64,000 bases of DNA, from positions 65,589 to 129,588 of the forward strand of contig JBEKIG010000004.1 of the NCBI GenBank assembly GCA_050011875.1, read 5' to 3'. This stretch comes from Nitrososphaeria archaeon. Its GTDB lineage: Archaea > Thermoproteota > Nitrososphaeria > JACIWG01. Below the pieces are notes generated by a model that saw only the letters and a list, made by a program, of their open reading frames with translations, was not told where the DNA came from and searched no databases. Positions 57,798-64,000 of the stretch are shown here, piece by piece. A program made the translations under genes and the position numbers. How positions within the stretch are numbered: the stretch's first letter is position 1; every line of letters begins with the position of its first letter.

Positions 57798-58217
57798 TCG
57801 CCCATTACTTCCACCTTCACACTTTCTATTTCAAAGACTCCAAAGAAAGAAGGTGCATTCTCTGCCTCCGAATATTCGACCTTCTTTATTTCATATCCAT
57901 TTAGAATACAACAACGCCCAACGTTGGCTTCCGTAGAACGCCAACTGCTATCACTTAAGCTGGCCTTACATCAGGCGTCAGGGTTTAACACACCTATCGT
58001 GATGGACGCGCCTCTAGCAAGAATGAGCGATGAAATGAGAGAAAATCTTGCAAAGATTCTACTGGAAATCAACAAGGACAGACAGATGATCTTACTACTC
58101 ACGACCACGGAATATTCCCCTGAGGTCAGAAAGCATTTAGATAGAAGTTGCAGCAACAAGTTTACTCTTAAATCATCAGCAAACGGCTATGGAACAGATG
58201 TGGAGGACCTTGAATGA
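57798..58217 (+). pseudogene. Remnant C-terminal fragment of an ABC/SMC-like ATPase (RecF/Rad50/OLD-type): signature-like region plus D-loop only
   Basis: SVERQLLSLKLAL (LSGGE...-like) followed by the Walker B/D-loop-like IVMDAPLARMSDE and a helical tail. The upstream in-frame sequence to the stop at ~57795 has no P-loop. There is a 370-bp ORF-free gap upstream. Confidence 0.45.
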
Positions 58218-58393
58218 CAATAACTCCTGACAGACTCTATATGTATACAACTATCCTAATTAAATCAGCAGGCCCTATCAACGAGATTGTTCAACTCATC
58301 TCGAGTAACCTTCTTCGGAAAAAGAGTGCTTTGAGCCATCATCTTATAAGTTCATGCTATTTTATATAAGTTTAATAGAGAAGGCAAGATAAC

Positions 58394-59239
58394 TTGCAGA
58401 AGCTTGAGCTCACTGAAGTCAGTGCTGGATATGGAGGAAACGAAGTCATCCATAAGATTAGTTTTAAAATAACTGAACCATCGATCTACGTTGTCCTTGG
58501 ACCAAATGGGGCGGGAAAGACCACTCTTTTCAGGACAATAGGCGGAATCCTGAAACCTTCTTCAGGTCAAGTACAGTTTGATGATGTGAACCTCTTCTAT
58601 TCAAAAGAAACCAGAAGAAGGATTACCTATCTTTCACATTTGAATGCCCTTCCGGAGGAAATGACTGTTTTCAATGCCTTGAAGTATTACGCTGACATAG
58701 AAGTTGGAGATGTTGAACGTGTCCTTGATCTCCTAAACTTGATGGATCTTAAGGATAGAAGATTTTCCATGTTATCCCAAGGACAGAAGAAGAGGGTTTC
58801 AGTAGGTAAAATTTTTCTCAGAGAAAGAGACCTGTACCTCCTTGATGAACCGACCTCGAATGTGGATCCAAAGATCTCCAAGGAGATAAGAGACATACTG
58901 ATCAAGCTGAGTAAGGACAAGTTCGTCCTCTATTCCTCACATAATCTTTACGAAGCAAGGGAAATCGGTACATATTTGATTCTTATAAAGAATGGTGAAC
59001 TGGGGTTCTTCGATAAGATAGAGAATGTCAAAACGAAGCAATACCGTGTTGGTATCAAGTCTTTGAACGATATATCAGAGCTACTGCCAGAATCAAAGTT
59101 TGACAACGGCTACTATGTGATGACAGTGGACAGTCCGAAGATGGTTGCAAAGGTCGTTAATGATCTGGTGCAAGGCGGCGCTGAACTGGTGGAGGTTCGT
59201 GAGCTGGATAATCCGTTGCAGGAATTCTTTGAGGAGTGA
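58394..59239 (+). CDS. ABC transporter ATP-binding protein
   Basis: GPNGAGKTT, LSQGQKKRVSV and LLDEPTSNVD motifs; TTG start. Confidence 0.9.
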   Translation: MQKLELTEVSAGYGGNEVIHKISFKITEPSIYVVLGPNGAGKTTLFRTIGGILKPSSGQVQFDDVNLFYSKETRRRITYLSHLNALPEEMTVFNALKYYADIEVGDVERVLDLLNLMDLKDRRFSMLSQGQKKRVSVGKIFLRERDLYLLDEPTSNVDPKISKEIRDILIKLSKDKFVLYSSHNLYEAREIGTYLILIKNGELGFFDKIENVKTKQYRVGIKSLNDISELLPESKFDNGYYVMTVDSPKMVAKVVNDLVQGGAELVEVRELDNPLQEFFEE

Positions 59240-59949
59240 TTGAAATGAGCTTTTGGCGAATTACCTTGAAAAGGAGTGTCCGTCTTAGCAGAACCTACAT
59301 CATTCTTGGCGTTGTAATGTCTATCTTCGGGACGATTCTATCAAACATACTGACTCTGATCCCAGTCAATTCTGCTTATCCTGTCAGCGCGCCAAGTGAG
59401 TTGACTAACAATTTTCCTTTTCTCTCAGTTGCTTTTCTTTCGCTTTCAGCACTGCTTTTTTCTCTACCTGTGGTAATGCTCTTCGTATATGATAAGAATA
59501 ATGGAATCTTTGAGTATCTTCTCTCAACCGGCCTTGACCAGCTTGACATCTTTAAGGCTTATGTTAAAGCTTCACTGTTGCTAGCGGCCTGTCTCCTAGC
59601 CTTTTCAAGCGTCCTCAACACTTCTATAGGAATCTATTTGGGAACCAGCTTAGGATTGCTGACCAGTATCACTGTTCTAACGTTTGCTATTGGTTTCTCA
59701 GTTGTTTTTCTCGTTACCGTCTCTATGATGGCTTTCAGTTCCATGCAGAAAACGCCTACTGGGGCTAATCAGCCTCTAGGAGTCATCATTGGAATCATTC
59801 CTGTGTTTCCAGCTTTAATCTTGCCACTGGTCTTTCCTTCATATGCCTTAGTCATTGACATCTCAATTGCTGCTGTAACCCTGCTCGGGTCGATTGTATT
59901 ACTTCTTTCCATTGATAGGTTTATCCTTAGGGAGAAGCTACTGCCCTGA
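59236..59949 (+). CDS. ABC-2-type transporter permease
   Basis: Six hydrophobic helices; translationally coupled to the upstream ATPase; GTG start. Confidence 0.7.
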   Translation: MIEMSFWRITLKRSVRLSRTYIILGVVMSIFGTILSNILTLIPVNSAYPVSAPSELTNNFPFLSVAFLSLSALLFSLPVVMLFVYDKNNGIFEYLLSTGLDQLDIFKAYVKASLLLAACLLAFSSVLNTSIGIYLGTSLGLLTSITVLTFAIGFSVVFLVTVSMMAFSSMQKTPTGANQPLGVIIGIIPVFPALILPLVFPSYALVIDISIAAVTLLGSIVLLLSIDRFILREKLLP

Positions 59950-60114
59950 AGGAGCCTATTCTCTTGGAGACTTTACAAAAAAAATAGATTTCAGTAATTG
60001 GCTTAGTAGATGTAGAAGATAGTTAACACGGCTTACCATGGTTCACTTGATTCACTTGGTAAACCGCTTTGAAACTTTTAAAAACTTATAAGAAAATCCA
60101 GCAAGTGAATATTT

Positions 60115-60885
60115 ATGGAAGACATAGAAGAAGATAATGGATCTCAAATTAGCAAATCTGAAAGAGTAGCGCTGGTCTCAGGGTCGACGAATAATGTTGG
60201 AAAGGGTGTAGCTGAAATACTGTCTAAAGACGGATTCCTTGTTGTTGTCACTTCCCGACATGAGGATGAAGCTAAAGAGGTAGCTGATCATCTTTCCAAG
60301 AAAGGTGATTATTACCAAGTCGATTTTTCTAATGCGGAACAGATAACTAGTCTCTTCTCATTTCTTAAGAAAAAATACGGAAGACTAGATGTTCTCGTGA
60401 ATAATGTTGCTTACACGAAAAACGAATCGATTATGGATTGTACCCTTGAAACTTGGGAATACACGATCAACACAAATCTCAGAAGTTACTATCTATGTAC
60501 GCGATATGCAGCGGAAATAATGAAAGAGCATGGCGGAGGAAATATAATTAACATTACCATATCAAGGAATCGAGGAATCAAAAATAAGTTCTCTTACTCG
60601 GTAAGCAAAGGCGGGGTCAACTCTCTGACCATGAGTGCTGCAGTAGATCTTGCCCCCTTCAATATTAGGGTTAATGCGATAAGCATTGGTCCCACCGGTA
60701 CGCCAGTAGGACAAAAAGACTATCCTGAGAGAACTAGAAGATATGAAAGTCCCGAGATTCCAGCAGGACATATAGGCGATCCTTCAGATATCGCCAATAT
60801 AGTGTCATTTCTGGTATCCGAGAAAGCTCGATACATATATGGAGCTATTCTAGCCGTCGATGGTGGGTCAAGCATTTCACATTAG
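60115..60885 (+). CDS. SDR family oxidoreductase
   Basis: VSGSTNNVGKG Rossmann motif, NNVA, and YSVSK catalytic motif. Confidence 0.8.
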   Translation: MEDIEEDNGSQISKSERVALVSGSTNNVGKGVAEILSKDGFLVVVTSRHEDEAKEVADHLSKKGDYYQVDFSNAEQITSLFSFLKKKYGRLDVLVNNVAYTKNESIMDCTLETWEYTINTNLRSYYLCTRYAAEIMKEHGGGNIINITISRNRGIKNKFSYSVSKGGVNSLTMSAAVDLAPFNIRVNAISIGPTGTPVGQKDYPERTRRYESPEIPAGHIGDPSDIANIVSFLVSEKARYIYGAILAVDGGSSISH

Positions 60886-61329
60886 CGGGAAGAATCAATA
60901 ACATAAGCTAGCGCGTTAATAAATGGCTTCTGAAATCCAGTCTTTTGATCTAGCCGGATAAGCCTTAGAAAGACTGGCCACTCAATAATTGTGTCTGATA
61001 CGAAGTCTTAACCTCTAAACTTGACAATTAAGATTCAGCCATGTCTACAGAATCTTGCTGCTTTAGGGGAAACAATAATGGTCTTTCGTGAAATTTCGTG
61101 AACTTCCCTCAGATAGTAACGGTCTCTCAACGATTGAGGCGGAAAAGTGTCTCCAGAGCTTTGCCTCTAACGAAATCCCGGAGAAGAAGACCAACCTTTC
61201 ATAAAGTTTGTCTGGGGGATATCGTTCCGCTGACATCAAGCTTCTACAAGATCCTTTTTTAAAAGACACCTGAAAGAAAGTCCACGTTCTATTGCTCTCC
61301 TAAAAGTATGAAATTGCAAAATCTCATAG

Positions 61330-62094
61330 TCATGATGACATTTTCTCGAGCGACCTCAATCCCCACAGGAATAGGAGGATTGCAAGTACGATGATGATGG
61401 TGAACCCCTCTACGATTTCTACGTTTTGAAAATTCCCAGCAAATAATGCGCGGGCCGCATTAACTGCGTATGAGAATGGGTTAGCCTTCGCAAGATCTTG
61501 AAGCCAGATAGGGGCAAGCGCTAGAGGAAGGATAATACCCGCCAGCAGAGAAACAGGAAGTGTTATTGTGTTCAACGTAGGAGCGAGAGGGTCCTCAATT
61601 TTGTATATAAGAGCAAAACCGTATGACATAGATGCCATAGTAACTCCAGTCAAAGCGTATAACAATAACGAGAGCAAAAATCCGCCTACATTTACACTCA
61701 GCCCAAAGGGGATAGCAACTAATGTAATCAAAACACATTGAATGATAAGTACTACCGCATCCCTCAAAACCCTACCTAAAAGAATTGCCGGGCGTTTCAC
61801 GGGAGTTACTAAAAACCGTTCTATTACTCCTGTTCTAATATCATCGATAAGTGAGAATCCCACGAACGCTGAGCCGAAGAGCGCTTGCATGACTAAAAGC
61901 CCGGGGATGAAAACCTCAACTGTCTTACCCGCTGGTATACCTGGAACACTACCGAGACCATTCAGGAGCGGCATAAACAAGAACAAGTACAGAAGGGGCT
62001 GGAACATACTCACGAAGATGAAAACGGGACTCCTAAGCGTGTGCTGCATGTTGCGGATGAACATTAATCTTGTGTCCCGTAACATTTTCATCAT
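61330..62094 (-). CDS. ABC-2-type transporter permease
   Basis: Six TM helices; start/stop-overlapped with the upstream ATPase. Confidence 0.75.
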   Translation of the reverse strand: MMKMLRDTRLMFIRNMQHTLRSPVFIFVSMFQPLLYLFLFMPLLNGLGSVPGIPAGKTVEVFIPGLLVMQALFGSAFVGFSLIDDIRTGVIERFLVTPVKRPAILLGRVLRDAVVLIIQCVLITLVAIPFGLSVNVGGFLLSLLLYALTGVTMASMSYGFALIYKIEDPLAPTLNTITLPVSLLAGIILPLALAPIWLQDLAKANPFSYAVNAARALFAGNFQNVEIVEGFTIIIVLAILLFLWGLRSLEKMSS

Positions 62095-63074
62095 TTTCTC
62101 TCATCCTCCCTCAGTGAACGGCCAGTGTACTTTAAGAAGACATCATCTAGACTTGGCCTGGACAACATTATGCCCTGCACCTCTAGGCTTTTTGTATCGA
62201 ATGATCGCAGGAGGTCAGGCAACATTCTCTCTCCATCTTTAATGTATAGATAGACTGAATTGTTGTTGGTTTGAATTTTCTCCACCTGAATCTTCTCGGT
62301 TAACAAAGTTTCAGCATTGCGAGCGGTCTCCTCTGATGGAAAACTAAAAACTATCGTATCGCCGCCAACGTTGCTTTTCAACTCCCCTGGCGTTCCAGTC
62401 ACAATAATTTTTCCGTTATCTATGATCGATATTGTGTCGCAGAGCTTGTCAGCTTCATCCATATATTGGGTGGTTAAAAATATGGTAACTCCTTCAGCTT
62501 TCAGTTTTTTTATTTCTTCCCACAGATACGCTCTACTTTGTGGATCAAGACCTGATGTCGGCTCATCGAGAAGAAGTAGTTGTGGATGGTGAATCATCCC
62601 AAGCGCTACATCTAGGCGACGCTTTTGGCCCCCAGAATAGGATGAGGCCGGCCTCCCTATGAATGAACTCATCTGGAAACGCTCCACGAATTCGGCCGCG
62701 TATTTCTTTGCAGTCAAAGTATCTGAGCCATACAGGAGAGCTTGGAGTACTAGGTTCTCAAGACCTGTAGCACCTAAATCAGCTCCGCCGGCTTGGCTCA
62801 CACATCCAACGTTCTGTCTAATCTGTTCCTGCTGTTCTGCTAAGTCATATCCAAGGACCTTAGCTTCTCCCCCAGTCGGACACAGCAATGTAGAAAGCAT
62901 TTTCTGTGTGGTAGACTTACCAGCACCATTGGGACCAAGAAAACCGAAGATTTCCCCTTTCCTAACAGTGAGATCTATACCCTTAACTGCTTCTACCTCT
63001 TTTTTCCCGCCCCTCTCTTTAGAAATGAAAGTCTTTCGGAGCCCTTTTGTTTCAATTACCAAATCTCCAACCAT
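62091..63074 (-). CDS. ABC transporter ATP-binding protein (with a C-terminal extra domain)
   Basis: GPNGAGKST, SGGQKRRLDVAL and LLLDEPTSGLD motifs. Confidence 0.9.
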   Translation of the reverse strand: MVGDLVIETKGLRKTFISKERGGKKEVEAVKGIDLTVRKGEIFGFLGPNGAGKSTTQKMLSTLLCPTGGEAKVLGYDLAEQQEQIRQNVGCVSQAGGADLGATGLENLVLQALLYGSDTLTAKKYAAEFVERFQMSSFIGRPASSYSGGQKRRLDVALGMIHHPQLLLLDEPTSGLDPQSRAYLWEEIKKLKAEGVTIFLTTQYMDEADKLCDTISIIDNGKIIVTGTPGELKSNVGGDTIVFSFPSEETARNAETLLTEKIQVEKIQTNNNSVYLYIKDGERMLPDLLRSFDTKSLEVQGIMLSRPSLDDVFLKYTGRSLREDERK

Positions 63075-63296
63075 GTTGAGTCACCTATGAACTATGCATC
63101 CAATTCCATCGCGTATATATGCACTTCTTAGCAAATCGTAGAGATTATGATAAATAATCCCCATCAACAAGGATTTCTTTCTCGTACTACCGTATTTCTC
63201 CCAGATTTCTGGAACCTCCCGTCACTCTGCTTCAACATTGGTCTCAAAATATTCGTAAGGCATAGTGATTAGGTATTGATCGAAGAGATGCTAGTC

Positions 63297-63341
63297 AATC
63301 GGTAAGCTGTAGGTCGTGGGTTCAAATCCCACCGGGCCCGC
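63297..63341 (+). other. tRNA 3'-half-like element: variable loop, T-arm and 3' acceptor strand, with no matching 5' half within 250 bp upstream
   Basis: AGGUC-GUGGG-UUCAAAU-CCCAC-CGGGCCC-G is seen directly. The complementary GGGCCCG 5' acceptor strand is absent from 63075-63300. Confidence 0.4.
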
Positions 63342-63624
63342 CTATATGAGCTTATCTAAAAAATCTATATGTTATGATTAAAGACACTTTAACTTAGATA
63401 AACGAGTTAACGATTTCAAAGCTGCAAATCGTTTTGATTGTGCTAAATTTAATAATGGAGTACCTCGAGCAGACTGCTGTGGAATCTATGGTTCATAATG
63501 TTTGGCAGGGGGAAGATCCTGATGCCATAGATGAGAAGGTCAAGCAGCTGAAAGAAAGCGACATCGTTCTTACATTGGCGTCAACTAGACTTTTTGAAGG
63601 CGTGGATATACAAGTGTAGCAGAG

Positions 63625-64000
63625 ATGGAGCAGCAAAGGCAGTCCTATCCCTATTCATGGATCGTTCTGAGCGCAATATTCCTAGACTTTTTCCTTTACT
63701 GGTTCCAGCGTTCTGACATATCCACCGTCATACCGGCTCTGATTACTACCTATCATTGGGACCCGGCGACCGTAGGATGGTTAAATTCAGCTTTGATTTG
63801 GTCATATGCTGTGATGCAGATTCCATTTGGTTACGTGAGCGAGCGATGGCTGGGGGCAAAGACAACGATTTTATTTGGCACGCTTCTCATGGTCGTGGGG
63901 GCTGTGCTCTTCGGTATATTTCTACCCAGCATAGAGTTGAGTATTATTCTAAGGGTTCTGATAGGTGCGGGTGCAGCAGCTATCCTTGTCCCCGCAAATT
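63625..64000 (+). CDS. MFS transporter (N-terminal part; truncated by the window end)
   Basis: TM helices plus MFS motif-A-like YVSERWLGAKTT. The open reading frame continues to the window edge. Confidence 0.6.
   Translation, partial: MEQQRQSYPYSWIVLSAIFLDFFLYWFQRSDISTVIPALITTYHWDPATVGWLNSALIWSYAVMQIPFGYVSERWLGAKTTILFGTLLMVVGAVLFGIFLPSIELSIILRVLIGAGAAAILVPAN

Noticed and set aside
1-64000. CRISPR arrays, cas genes, transposases, integrases
   Set aside because: I saw no regularly spaced direct repeats and no recognisable Cas, transposase or integrase motifs in any listed ORF. The only mobile-element hint is the tRNA 3' fragment and the ATPase remnant reported above.

Overview
This is a densely coded archaeal chromosomal segment, about 40-45% GC by eye, with genes on both strands and short intergenic gaps. 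Three things point to an archaeon: a eukaryote-type DNA topoisomerase IB, an archaeal RadA recombinase, and a GGGP synthase. I think a thaumarchaeote (Nitrososphaeria) is most likely because Topo IB is a hallmark of that group; this is inference, not a database result. Most of the window is housekeeping: aminoacyl-tRNA synthetases, purA, pyrF, pyrC, prs, NAD salvage, uppS and fumarase. It also holds a tRNA-maturation neighbourhood (cca, rnz, thpR-like, archease, two tRNAs) and three ABC transporter genes. I found no CRISPR array, transposase, integrase or obvious defence island.

The most interesting region is a minus-strand sulfur-trafficking cluster at about 40.4-46.8 kb. It contains cysK, cysE, iscS, an E1-like (MoeB/ThiF/UbaA) adenylyltransferase, tusA, a dsrE-like gene, a small ORF ending ...SGG followed by five extra residues, and an upstream HTH regulator. 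A palindromic ATAAC-N3-GTTAT site occurs three times in this cluster. I read this as a protein-thiocarboxylate sulfur-relay system feeding cysteine or another thio-cofactor pathway.

Other points worth a second look are listed in the findings: a RadA paralogue with a destroyed P-loop, two PFL-activase-like radical SAM enzymes (one with Cx4Cx2C), a zinc-ribbon radical SAM in an ether-lipid and glycosylation gene context, three tandem CBS proteins, a GC-rich probable structured ncRNA, an intron-containing tRNA, an orphan tRNA 3' half and an ABC/SMC-like ATPase gene remnant.

CDS coordinates are taken from the supplied ORF track. RNA and motif coordinates are hand-counted and may be off by 1-2 nt.
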